A stretch of DNA of 61,334 bases, filler included, from Chiloscyllium plagiosum (lineage: Eukaryota): the NCBI RefSeq assembly GCF_004010195.1. It is 3 parts of one record of this genome, joined end to end, with 100 filler letters (N's around TTAATTAATTAA, not from the genome) between each part and the next. Parts side by side here need not be neighbours in the genome. Positions count along the whole stretch, not along the records: positions 1 to 25,978 come from NC_057717.1; 2 more parts are not named here. One strand, given 5' to 3'. This document shows positions 1 through 10,756 of the stretch, piece after piece (positions within the stretch are counted from its first letter, which is position 1; each line of letters opens with the position of its first letter). The notes below the pieces were generated by a model that saw only the letters and a list, made by a program, of their open reading frames with translations, was not told the origin of the DNA and did not search any database. The translations under genes and the position numbers were made by a program.

Positions 1-515
1 TTCCTATCGGAAAGATGTTGTGAAACTTGAAAGGGTTCAGAAAAGATTTACAAGGATGTTGCCAGGGTTGGAGGATCTGAGCTACAGGGAGAGGCTGAAC
101 AGGCTGGGGCTGTTTTCCCTGGAGCATCGGAGGCTGAGGAGTGACCTTATAGAGGTTTACAATATTATGAGGGGCATGGATAGGGTAAACAGACAAGGTC
201 TTTTCCCTGGGATGGGGGAGTCCAGAACTAGAGGGGCATAGGTTTAGGGTGAGAGGGGAAAGATATAAAAGGGATGTAAGGGACAACTTTTTCCCCCAGA
301 GGGTGGTATGTGTATGGAATGAGCTGCCAGAGGATGTGGTGGAGGCTCGTACAATGACAACATTTAAAGGGCATCTGGATGGGGACATGAATAGGAAGGG
401 TTTCGAGGGGTATGAGCCAAGTGCTGGAAGATGGGATTGGACGGGTGTCTGGTCAGCATGGACGGGTTGGACCGAAGGGTCTGTTTCTGCGCTGTACATC
501 TCTAAGACTCTATGG
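1..515 (+). mobile_element. CR1-clade LINE (HER1-like) 3' end: ORF2 C-terminus and 3' UTR
   Basis: Translates KLERVQKRFTRMLPGL...RLGLFSLEHRRLRSDLIEVY..., the typical CR1 ORF2 C-terminus, then the GGACCGAAGGGTCTGTTTC tail. Confidence 0.9.
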
Positions 516-688
516 GATCTGAGATTACACCGTGAAGAAAGGTGTAAAGGGAGGTGGAGGTGAATTAGAGTTCTCAGCTTGTGATTCATGGGTTCTGAGA
601 CAGCTGACTTTGTGGAAAACATCCTGTTTTTATTTACCTCAGTTGAACAACATTTCTTGCAAACCAGAGCAGTTCCAGAACATGCTGA

Positions 689-725
689 CCAATGGCCTTC
701 CACTATTGGTTTCATTTTCCCTGAA
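689..725. promoter_or_regulatory. Candidate promoter motif cluster: CCAAT boxes plus overlapping ISRE-like and GAS-like sites
   Basis: CCAAT 689-693; ATTGG 705-709; reverse strand GGAAAATGAAACC (GAAANNGAAA) 708-720; TTCCCTGAA (TTCNNNGAA) 717-725; lies in unique sequence upstream of the Ig gene. Motif match only. Confidence 0.3.
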
Positions 726-1085
726 GTGCTTGCTAATTCCAACAGACACTCAGTTGGATGCAATTCTGAAAGCGTTCAGTTCCGACAGAAACAGGAGGAT
801 GGCTGGAGCTGTCAGGGGATTGATCTCACCCAAACCCTGCCCCCAGCCAATTTGCCCCTCCCTGAGTTCAGGAATTTTCACCTTCTCTCTCTCTCCCTCT
901 CACTCTCTGTCAGTTTACTGGAGGGCAAGGTTTGAAGGTACGGTGAGTACAAGAACGTGGGAGCATGGTGGGTGGGATGTGGGTGCACTGGCTCTGTATT
1001 AGCCTCCTGTCAGTACTCTGTCAAGAAGAGAAAGAGAGAGGTTGCAGATTTTCAGTAATCTGGGGATGAAAGATGTGTCCATCCC

Positions 1086-1165
1086 TCTCTCTCTGCTTCT
1101 TGCTGTTTCATTCCCTCTCTCTTTTCCTCTTCCCCCTCTCTGTGTCTCTGGCTCACTCTGTCTTG

Positions 1166-1197
<32 letters not shown>

Positions 1198-2265
1198 NNN
1201 NNNNNNNNNNNNNNNNNNNNNNNNNNNNNNNNNNNNNNNNNNNNNNNNNNNNNNNNNNNNNNNNNNNNNNNNNNNNNNNNNNNNNNNNNNNNNNNNNNNN
1301 NNNNNNNNNNNNNNNNNNNNNNNNNNNNNNNNNNNNNNNNNNNNNNNNNNNNNNNNNNNNNNNNNNNNNNNNNNNNNNNNNNNNNNNNNNNNNNNNNNNN
1401 NNNNNNNNNNNNNNNNNNNNNNNNNNNNNNNNNNNNNNNNNNNNNNNNNNNNNNNNNNNNNNNNNNNNNNNNNNNNNNNNNNNNNNNNNNNNNNNNNNNN
1501 NNNNNNNNNNNNNNNNNNNNNNNNNNNNNNNNNNNNNNNNNNNNNNNNNNNNNNNNNNNNNNNNNNNNNNNNNNNNNNNNNNNNNNNNNNNNNNNNNNNN
1601 NNNNNNNNNNNNNNNNNNNNNNNNNNNNNNNNNNNNNNNNNNNNNNNNNNNNNNNNNNNNNNNNNNNNNNNNNNNNNNNNNNNNNNNNNNNNNNNNNNNN
1701 NNNNNNNNNNNNNNNNNNNNNNNNNNNNNNNNNNNNNNNNNNNNNNNNNNNNNNNNNNNNNNNNNNNNNNNNNNNNNNNNNNNNNNNNNNNNNNNNNNNN
1801 NNNNNNNNNNNNNNNNNNNNNNNNNNNNNNNNNNNNNNNNNNNNNNNNNNNNNNNNNNNNNNNNNNNNNNNNNNNNNNNNNNNNNNNNNNNNNNNNNNNN
1901 NNNNNNNNNNNNNNNNNNNNNNNNNNNNNNNNNNNNNNNNNNNNNNNNNNNNNNNNNNNNNNNNNNNNNNNNNNNNNNNNNNNNNNNNNNNNNNNNNNNN
2001 NNNNNNNNNNNNNNNNNNNNNNNNNNNNNNNNNNNNNNNNNNNNNNNNNNNNNNNNNNNNNNNNNNNNNNNNNNNNNNNNNNNNNNNNNNNTGTCTCTCT
2101 CTGCCTGTCTCTCCCTCACTTTCACATTCCCTCTTTCCCTTTTCCATTCCCTCCCTCTGTCTCTCTCTCTCTCTGTCTCTTTCCCATTCCCTCCTTCCCT
2201 CTCTCTCACACTCTATGTCACACTCGCTCAATCTTTCCCCCTCTCTCTTTCCCTTTCTCTCTCCG
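1086..2265. repeat. (CT)n / pyrimidine-rich microsatellite spanning an N gap
   Basis: CT runs on both sides of gap 1198-2091. Confidence 0.9.
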
Positions 2266-2432
2266 TGTGGACATTCCCTGGGGAACTGCTCCCAAATGCT
2301 GGGATTTCTCGGACTAACCAGAGCCTTGTATCATTGACAGGGAGCGGCCAGCGGGAATGTGCTGATCGGATGGGGAGAAATGGGGACACAGAACCAAGGT
2401 GATTGGATGAGCTCCCAATGTTTAGCTGATCC

Positions 2433-2490
2433 ATGGATATCAAGGGACCAAAGGCAATCTCATTCATTAACATAGTGCTCCTCCTGACAG
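2433..2490 (+). CDS. HEPACAM-like Ig membrane protein, coding exon 1 (signal peptide MDIKGPKAISFINIVLLLT)
   Basis: ATG at 2433 (tccATGg) with in-frame TGA just upstream (2427-2429); hydrophobic core; strong donor CAG|GTAAGG at 2490/2491; phase 1 matches the next exon and gives ...LLLTAAGCA/LNVN, a plausible cleavage site. Confidence 0.8.
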
Positions 2491-2554
2491 GTAAGGCATC
2501 TCGCCCTGGGGCTGGGAAAACAGGATGTTACCCCCTCATTGGGGAGTCATAGAC

Positions 2555-2660
2555 CGTGGTGGCTCAGTGGTTAGCACTGCTGCCTCACAGCACCAGGCTC
2601 TCGGGTTCGATCCCACCCTTGGGCGACTGTCTGTGTGGAGCTTGCACAGTCTCTCCTTGG
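2555..2660 (+). mobile_element. HE1-type tRNA-derived SINE, 5' fragment
   Basis: GTGGCTCAGTGGTTAGCACTGCTGCCTCACAGC...GGGTTCGATCCC (A/B boxes) followed by TGTCTGTGTGGAG. Confidence 0.8.
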
Positions 2661-3060
2661 AGAATGAGAGGACTGCGGATACTGGAGATCAGCGTCTAGA
2701 TTAGAATGAGTGCTGGAAAAGCACAGCAGGTCAGGCAGCACCCAAGGAGCAGGAGAATCGACGTTTCGGGCATGAGCCCTTCATCAGGAATGTGGCTTGT
2801 GGGGTGGGGTGGGGGGGTTGCTGAGAGATAAACGGAAGGGGTGGGGAGGGGTAGGTAGCTGTGAGTGCAATAGGTGGAGGTAATGATGACAGGTCAGAGG
2901 GGAGGGCGGAACAGGAAAATGGACAGGTCAAGAGGGTGGTGCTGAGTTGGGAGGTTGGACCTGGAATAAGGCGAGGGGAGGGGAAATCCACGTTGATCGT
3001 GTGTGGTTGCAGGGTCCGACAGAGGACGGTGAGGTGCCCTTCCTCCAGGCGTTGGGTAGA
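2660..3060 (-). mobile_element. Penelope-like element 3' terminus
   Basis: CTGGAAAAGCACAGCAGGTCAGGCAGCA...GACGTTTCGGGC...TTCATCAGG terminal motif shared with other copies in the window; reverse strand resembles the GIY-YIG end (..TLQPH.INVDF). Confidence 0.75.
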
Positions 3061-3064
3061 GGAA

Positions 3065-3550
3065 GTTCATGCCGACCCAGATATTCCAAACTAATTTACC
3101 CCATTTGCCAGCACTTGGCCCATATCCCTCTATCCAGGTCCCCATCCAGATGCCTTTTAAATATTGCCATTGTACCAGCCTCCACCACATCCTCTGGCAG
3201 CTCATTCCATACACGTACCACCCTCTGTGTTAAAACGTTGCCCCTTACGTCTCTTTTATATCTTTCCCCTCTCACCCTAAACCTATGCCCCTCTAGTTCT
3301 GGACTCCCCGACCCCAGGGAAAAGACCTTGTCTATTTATCCTATCCATGCCCCTCATGATTTTATAAATCTCAATAAGGTCACCCCTCAGCCTCCGACGT
3401 TCCAGGGAAAACAGCCCCAGCCTGTTCAGCTTCTCCCTGTAGCTCAAACCCTCCAACCCTGGCAACATCCTTGTAAGTCTTTTCTGAACCCTTTCAAGTT
3501 TCACAGCATCCTTCCTGCAGCAGGGAGACCGGAATTGCACACAGTATTCC
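3065..3550 (-). mobile_element. CR1 LINE 3' end
   Basis: Minus ORF 3283-3540 KLERVQKRLTRMLPGLEGLSYREKLNRLGLFSLERRRLRGDLIE, a close relative of copy 1-515. Confidence 0.9.
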
Positions 3551-4050
3551 NNNNNNNNNNNNNNNNNNNNNNNNNNNNNNNNNNNNNNNNNNNNNNNNNN
3601 NNNNNNNNNNNNNNNNNNNNNNNNNNNNNNNNNNNNNNNNNNNNNNNNNNNNNNNNNNNNNNNNNNNNNNNNNNNNNNNNNNNNNNNNNNNNNNNNNNNN
3701 NNNNNNNNNNNNNNNNNNNNNNNNNNNNNNNNNNNNNNNNNNNNNNNNNNNNNNNNNNNNNNNNNNNNNNNNNNNNNNNNNNNNNNNNNNNNNNNNNNNN
3801 NNNNNNNNNNNNNNNNNNNNNNNNNNNNNNNNNNNNNNNNNNNNNNNNNNNNNNNNNNNNNNNNNNNNNNNNNNNNNNNNNNNNNNNNNNNNNNNNNNNN
3901 NNNNNNNNNNNNNNNNNNNNNNNNNNNNNNNNNNNNNNNNNNNNNNNNNNNNNNNNNNNNNNNNNNNNNNNNNNNNNNNNNNNNNNNNNNNNNNNNNNNN
4001 NNNNNNNNNNNNNNNNNNNNNNNNNNNNNNNNNNNNNNNNNNNNNNNNNN

Positions 4051-6925
4051 ACTGTAGGAGGGTCAGTGCTGAGGGAGTGCCGCNNNNNNNNNNNNNNNNN
4101 NNNNNNNNNNNNNNNNNNNNNNNNNNNNNNNNNNNNNNNNNNNNNNNNNNNNNNNNNNNNNNNNNNNNNNNNNNNNNNNNNNNNNNNNNNNNNNNNNNNN
4201 NNNNNNNNNNNNNNNNNNNNNNNNNNNNNNNNNNNNNNNNNNNNNNNNNNNNNNNNNNNNNNNNNNNNNNNNNNNNNNNNNNNNNNNNNNNNNNNNNNNN
4301 NNNNNNNNNNNNNNNNNNNNNNNNNNNNNNNNNNNNNNNNNNNNNNNNNNNNNNNNNNNNNNNNNNNNNNNNNNNNNNNNNNNNNNNNNNNNNNNNNNNN
4401 NNNNNNNNNNNNNNNNNNNNNNNNNNNNNNNNNNNNNNNNNNNNNNNNNNNNNNNNNNNNNNNNNNNNNNNCTGAGGGAGTGGGCAGTGTCAGGGGGTCA
4501 GTGCTGAGGGAGTGGTGCACTGTCGGAGGGTCAGTGCTGAGGGAGTGGGCAGTGTCAGGGGGTCAGTGCTGAGGGAGTGCTAGACTGTCGGAAGATCAGT
4601 GCTGAGGGATTGCTGCACTGTCGGAGGGTCAGCATTTAGGGAGCGCCACACTGTCGGAGGGTCAGTGCTGAGGGAGTGGGCACTGTCAGAGGGTCAGTGC
4701 TGAGGGAGTGAGCAGTGCCGGAGGGTCAGTGCTTAGGCCGTGGGCACTGTCAGAGGATCAGTGCTGAGGGAGCTGGCACTGTCAGAGAGTCAGTGCTGAG
4801 GGAGTGGGCAGTGTCAGGGAGTCAGTACTGAGGGAGTGCTAGACTGTCGGAGGGTCAGTGCTGAGGGAGTGCTACACTGTCGGTGGGTCAGTGCTGAGGG
4901 TGTGCTGCACTGTCGAAGGGTCAGTGCTGAGGGTGTGCCGCACCGTCGGAGGGTCAGTGCTGACGGAGTGGGCACTATCAGAGGGTCAGTGCTGAGGGAG
5001 TGTGCACTGTCGGAGGGTCAGTGCTGAGGGAGTGGGCACTGTCGGAGGGTCAGTGTTGAGGGTGTGCTGCACTGTCGGAGGGTCAGTGTTGAGGGAGTGG
5101 GCACTGTTGGAGGGTCAGTGCTGAGGGAGTGGGCGCACTGTCAGAGGTTCAGTGCTGAGGGAGTGCTGCACTGTCAGAGGGTCAGTGCTGAGGGAGTGGG
5201 CACTGTCGGAGGGTCAGTACTGAGCGAGTGCCTCACTGTCGTTGGGTCAGTGCTGTGGGAGTGCCGCACTGTCAGAGGGTCAGTGCTGAGGGAGCGGGCA
5301 CTGTCGGAGGGTCAGCGCTGAGTAAGCGCTGCACTGTCGGAGGGTCAGTGCTAAGGGATTGCCGCAGTGTCAGAGGGTCAGTGCTGAGGGAGAGCCTCCC
5401 TGTTGCAGGGTCAGTGCTGAGTGAGTGGGCACTGTCAGAGGGTCAGTGCTGAGGGAGTGCCGCACTATCAAAGGGTCAGTGCTGAGGGAGTGCTTCACTG
5501 TCGGAGGGTCAGTGCTGAGAGAGTGACGCACTGTCGGAGGATCTGTGTTGAGAGAGTGCCTCACTGTCAGTGGGTCAGTGCTGAGGGAGTGCCGCACTGT
5601 CGGAGGGACAGTGTGGAGGGAGTGCCGCACTGTCAGAGGGTCAGTGCTGAGGGTGTGCTGCAGTGTCGAAGGGTCAGTGCTGAGGGAGTGCTGCACTGTC
5701 AGAGGGTCAGTGCTGAGGGTGTGCCGCACTGTCGGAGGGTCAGTGCTGACGGAGTGGGCACTATCAGAGGGTCACTGCTGAGGGAGATCCGCACTGTCAG
5801 AGGGTTAGTGTTGAGGGTGTGCTGCACTGTCGGTGGGTCAGTGCTGTGGGAATGCCGCACTGTCGGAGGGTCAGTGTTGAGGGAGTGCTGCACTGTTGGA
5901 GGGTCAGTGCTGAGGGAGTGGGCACTATCCGAGGTTCAGTGCTGAGGGAGTTCCGCACTGACAGAGGGTCAGTGTTGAGTAAGAGCTGCACTCTCGGAGG
6001 GTCAGTACTGAGCGAGTGCCTCACTGTCGGTGGGTCAGTGCTGTGGGAGAGCCGCACTGTCGGAGGGTCAGTGCTAATGGAGTGCCGCAGTGTCGGAGGG
6101 TCAGTGCTAAGGGAGTGCCGCAGTGTCAGAGGGTCAGTGCTGAGGGAGTGGGCACTGTCGGAGTGTCAGTGCTGAGTGAGTGCCGCACTGTCGGAGGGTC
6201 AGTGGTTAGTGAGTGGGCACTGTCGGAGGGTCAGTGCTGAGGGAGTGCCGCACTATCAAAGGGTCAGTGCTGAGGGAGTGCTTCACTGTCGGAGGGTCAG
6301 TGCTGAGAGAGTGCCGCACTGTCAGAGGATCTGTGTTGAGGGAGTGCCTCACTGTCAGTGGGTCAGTGATGAGGGTGTGGGCACTTTAGGAGGGTCAGTG
6401 CGGAGGGAGTGCCGCACTGTCGGAGGGACAGTGTGGAGGGAGTGCCGCACTGTCGGAGGGACAGTGTGGAGGGAGTGCCGCACTGTCAGAGGGTCTGTGC
6501 TGAGGGAGTGCCGCACTGTCGGAGGGTCAGTGCTGAGGGAATGCTGCACTGTCGGAGAGTCAGAGATGAGGGTGTGCCGCACTGTCCGAGGGCCCGTGCT
6601 GAGGGTGTGCCGCATTGTCGGAGGGTCAGTGCTGAGGGAGTGCCGCACTGTAGGAGGGTCAGTGCTGAGGGAGTGCCGCACTGTCGGAGGGTCAGTGCTA
6701 AGGGAGTGCCGCACTGTCGGACGGTCAGTGTTGAGAGAGTGCTGCACTGTTGGGGGGTCAGTGCTGAGGGAGTGGGCACTATCAGAGGATCAGTACTGAG
6801 GGAGTTCCGCACTGTCGGAGGGTCAGTGTTGAGGGAGTGCTGCACTGTCGGAGGGTCAGTGCTGCGGGAGTGCCGCACTGTCGGAGGGTCAGTGCTGAGG
6901 GAGTGCCGCACTGTCGGAGGGTCAT
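4051..6925 (+). repeat. 32/33-bp minisatellite (GAGGGAGTGCCGCACTGTCGGAGGGTCAGTGCT)n in intron 1
   Basis: Dozens of direct tandem copies; 33-bp (GCCGCAC) and 32-bp (GGGCAC) variants interspersed. Confidence 0.95.
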
Positions 6926-7900
6926 CTGTCTGTATGTTTCCCTCCAGTGNNNNNNNNNNNNNNNNNNNNNNNNNNNNNNNNNNNNNNNNNNNNNNNNNNN
7001 NNNNNNNNNNNNNNNNNNNNNNNNNNNNNNNNNNNNNNNNNNNNNNNNNNNNNNNNNNNNNNNNNNNNNNNNNNNNNNNNNNNNNNNNNNNNNNNNNNNN
7101 NNNNNNNNNNNNNNNNNNNNNNNNNNNNNNNNNNNNNNNNNNNNNNNNNNNNNNNNNNNNNNNNNNNNNNNNNNNNNNNNNNNNNNNNNNNNNNNNNNNN
7201 NNNNNNNNNNNNNNNNNNNNNNNNNNNNNNNNNNNNNNNNNNNNNNNNNNNNNNNNNNNNNNNNNNNNNNNNNNNNNNNNNNNNNNNNNNNNNNNNNNNN
7301 NNNNNNNNNNNNNNNNNNNNNNNNNNNNNNNNNNNNNNNNNNNNNNNNNNNNNNNNNNNNNNNNNNNNNNNNNNNNNNNNNNNNNNNNNNNNNNNNNNNN
7401 NNNNNNNNNNNNNNNNNNNNNNNNNNNNNNNNNNNNNNNNNNNNNNNNNNNNNNNNNNNNNNNNNNNNNNNNNNNNNNNNNNNNNNNNNNNNNNNNNNNN
7501 NNNNNNNNNNNNNNNNNNNNNNNNNNNNNNNNNNNNNNNNNNNNNNNNNNNNNNNNNNNNNNNNNNNNNNNNNNNNNNNNNNNNNNNNNNNNNNNNNNNN
7601 NNNNNNNNNNNNNNNNNNNNNNNNNNNNNNNNNNNNNNNNNNNNNNNNNNNNNNNNNNNNNNNNNNNNNNNNNNNNNNNNNNNNNNNNNNNNNNNNNNNN
7701 NNNNNNNNNNNNNNNNNNNNNNNNNNNNNNNNNNNNNNNNNNNNNNNNNNNNNNNNNNNNNNNNNNNNNNNNNNNNNNNNNNNNNNNNNNNNNNNNNNNN
7801 NNNNNNNNNNNNNNNNNNNNNNNNNNNNNNNNNNNNNNNNNNNNNNNNNNNNNNNNNNNNNNNNNNNNNNNNNNNNNNNNNNNNNNNNNNNNNNNNNNNN

Positions 7901-8120
7901 GTGTGTGTGTACGTGTGTGTGTGTGTGTGTACGTGTGTGTGTGTGTACGTGTGTGTGTGTGTGTGTGTGTCCGTGTGCGTGTAGGTGTAAATGTGTGTGT
8001 GTCCGTGTGCGTGTAGGTGTGTATGTGTGTGTGTGTGTGTCCGTGTGTGTGTGTATGTGTGCGCGTGTGTGTGTATATGTGTGTCTGTGTCCGTGTGTGT
8101 GTGTCCGTGTGTGTGTGTGT
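7901..8120. repeat. (GT)n microsatellite
   Basis: Direct inspection. Confidence 0.95.
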
Positions 8121-8180
8121 ACCCATCTCGTTGCTGTCTGGTTAGTTTCACCTGGGTTTCCTGTCCCTCCCTTGCCCTAG

Positions 8181-8525
8181 CGGCTGGCTGTGCTTTGAAT
8201 GTCAATCTGAGAGAGGATGTGACCTATGGGATCAGCGGGCAGCCCATTCTCCTTGAGGCGGCCTATCACGTGGGGCCCTCGAACAGACTGCACAGCATCA
8301 TCTGGAAGGTGGACAACGTGGGCGCTACCCGTATCCTCCAGTACATCGTTAGCAAGAACACAACCATCCCATCCAGCCCTTACCGCACTCGCATCCAATT
8401 TGACAGCGAGACCGGCTCCCTCCGGCTCTCCAACTTCACCCCGCTTGACCAGGGCACCTACCAGATCACAGTGACCGCTGACGATGGCGCTGAGGACAAA
8501 GCCTCCACTCTGGTGACCATGTACG
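8181..8525 (+). CDS. HEPACAM-like protein exon 2: V-set Ig domain lacking the canonical B/F cysteines
   Basis: Acceptor ccttgccctAG at 8180, donor G|GTAAGT at 8525/8526; 345 nt, phase 1-1; IIWK, YRTRIQF..ETGSLRLSN, DQGTYQITV motifs as in HEPACAM/CD2/CEACAM N domains. Confidence 0.92.
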
Positions 8526-8549
8526 GTAAGTCTGTCCATGGGTATCTAG

Positions 8550-9365
8550 GGAGGTGGCCAACCGTGACGAGTGGTGGTGTTGTGGTGGACAGAGCTGCCC
8601 CCCCTCTCCACCCCGGTGATTGGGCTTCATGGTGTCAACAGATCCGGCTGAATAGCTCGCTTGTGGCAAATCGTGCAGCGAGAGAGGTGGCCAACTATGA
8701 TGGCTGGGGTTAATCGTGTGTTCTGAACATCATTGGCCAACTATGATAAGTGGGATTAATCGTGTTGGCAAAGTTGTCTAACTATGATGAGTGTTGCTAT
8801 TCATGTGAATGGAAGTTCCCCGAACCACCCCCAAGGGGTTTGGGGTCAATGGTGTCACCAAATGTGGCCAAATATTTTGTTTGTGTTCGTTCATTCTGAA
8901 AGAGGTGGCCAACTGCAGTGAGATGGGGGAATGATGTAGAGACTGGTGGCCAACCATGGTTATTGGAGTTAATATTGTACATAACGGTGGTCAACCATTC
9001 TGATTGGGGTTCATGGTTTAGAGGGAGAGGGATGGCCAACTACAGTGAGTGGGGTTAATGTTGTATACAGTGGTGTCCAACTATGTTGAGTGAGATTTGT
9101 GGTATAGACTAAGACAGACAATTATGCTGAGTTCTGTCAATGGTGTGAATGGAGATGTCAACTCGTACAGATGAGGGCTAATGGTGTTGACAGATATGGC
9201 CAAATATGGTGAGTGGGATTAATGGTGTACAGAGAGATGGCCAACCATGATGGATGGGGTTAATAGTATGCAAACTGGAGGTCAATCGAGGTATTTGAGA
9301 ATAATGATGGAGACAGAAGTGGCCGACTCTGGTGATTGGGGTTTATGGTGACTGAGAGGTGGCCA
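8550..9365 (+). repeat. Degenerate ~43-bp tandem repeat (core GAGGTGGCCAACTATGATG.GTGGGGTTAATGGTG)
   Basis: Recurring TGGCCAAC...GGGGTTAAT motifs at ~40-50 bp spacing; similar motifs reappear at ~13430-13670. Confidence 0.65.
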
Positions 9366-9702
9366 GCACTGCTGCCAGGGACCCAGGTTCGATTCCAACA
9401 TTGGGCAATTGTGTGGGGTTTGCACATTCTCCCCATGTCTGCATGGGTTTCGTCCGGGTGCTCCAGTTTCCTCACACAGTCCAAAGATGTGCAGGTTAGG
9501 GTGGATTGGCCATGGGAAATTGTCCCATAGTGCCCAGGGCTGTGCAGGTTAGGGTGGATTGGCCATGGGAAATTGTCCCATAGTGCCCAGGGATGTGCAG
9601 GTTAGGGTGGATTGGCCATGGGAAATTGTCCCATAATGCCCAGGCATGTGCAGGTTAGGGTGGATTGGCCATGGGAAATTGTCCCATAGTGTCCAGGGAT
9701 GT
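9360..9702 (+). mobile_element. HE1-type SINE with internal 4x 53-bp tandem expansion (9486-9702)
   Basis: B box GGTTCGATTCC, V-domain TGCACATTCTCCCC..TCTGCATGGGTT, then GATGTGCAGGTTAGGGTGGATTGGCCATGGGAAATTGTCCCATAGTGCCCAGG x4. Confidence 0.85.
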
Positions 9703-9704
9703 CC

Positions 9705-10665
9705 CATTTCCCTCTCCTCTCCAGAGTATCCCAGGGCCCTAACACCCCTTCCAGGTGAAGCAGCACTTAACCTGAATTTCTCACAATCCAGTCGTCTGCA
9801 TTCGCTGCTCTCACCCTGGGCTCCTCTACAATGAGAGGAGAGACTGGGTGACTGCTTCACAGACCAGCGACGTTCTGCCCGCAGAGAGAGAGAGAGAGAG
9901 AGAGAGACCCTGAGCTTCCAGCTCCCTGCCACAGTAACCCCCCCCACCCTGTTCCCCGGACCAACGTCCCTGCCTCAGGCCTGCTGCAGTGCTCCAGTGA
10001 AGCTCATTGAAACATTTCAGGGAACATTTCTGGGACACACGCACTAAACAACCCCACCGCTTCCGTGGTCGAACAGTCCCGGACCAACGTCCCTGCCTCA
10101 GGCTTGCTGCAGTGCTCCAGTGAAGCTCATTGAAACGTTTCAGGGAACATTTCTGGGACACACGCACTAAACAACCCCACCGCTTCCGTGGTCGAACAGT
10201 TCAACACCCCCTCCCACTCCCCCCGAGGACACGCAAGTCCTGGGCCTCCTCCATTGCCAAATCCCGGCCACCCAACTCTGGAAGGAAGAACGCCTCATCT
10301 TCCGCCTTGGGACCCTCCAACCACACGGGATCAACATCCACTTCACCGCTTTCCTCATCTCCCCTCCTCCCACCTCATCCCAGATGCAACCCTCCAACTC
10401 AGCAACACCCTCTTGACCTGTCCCACCTATCACCTTCACCCCCATTTCCATCCATCTACTCTACACTCAGCTATCCTCTCCCCAGCCTCATCCCCCTCCC
10501 ATTTATCTCTCCACCCCTGAGGCTCCCAGCTCCCTGATGAAGGACTCCTGCCTGAAACACTGATTCTCTTGCTCCTTAGATGCTGCATGACCTGCTGTGC
10601 TTTTCCAGCACCAGACACTCTCGACTCTGATCTCCAGCATCTGCAGCCCTCATTTTCTCCTTTGT
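9705..10665 (+). mobile_element. Penelope-like element fragments (GIY-YIG C-terminus plus 3' terminus)
   Basis: RFREHFWDTRTKQPH / EQFNTPSHS / RLIFRLGTLQPHGIN-type translations; terminal GATGCTGC..GACCTGCTGTGCTTTTCCAGCA. Confidence 0.75.
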
Positions 10666-10756
10666 TTTCCAACACTCAGGCCATCCTTATCTCACTAACC
10701 AAGCCTTTGCACCTGTATCTGAAGGTCAGTTAGGATGGCCAGTAATGTCTTATCTA

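Noticed and set aside
532..1002. Two overlapping ORFs (156 and 115 aa)
   Set aside because: No recognisable domain; they run into CT-rich low-complexity sequence
2269..2310. NF-kB-like decamers upstream of the ATG exon
   Set aside because: Each deviates from GGGRNNYYCC; expected by chance
4051..6925. CRISPR-like array or repetitive Cys/His-rich protein (VPHCRRVSAEG)n
   Set aside because: Units are contiguous with no unique spacers, there are no cas genes, the context is vertebrate, and the frame shifts with each 32-bp unit
999..8205. Long ORFs of 300-546 aa
   Set aside because: They run through N gaps and microsatellites
8550..9365. Repeat-spacer-like pattern of TGGCCAAC motifs
   Set aside because: The intervening segments are similar to each other: a decayed tandem repeat, not CRISPR
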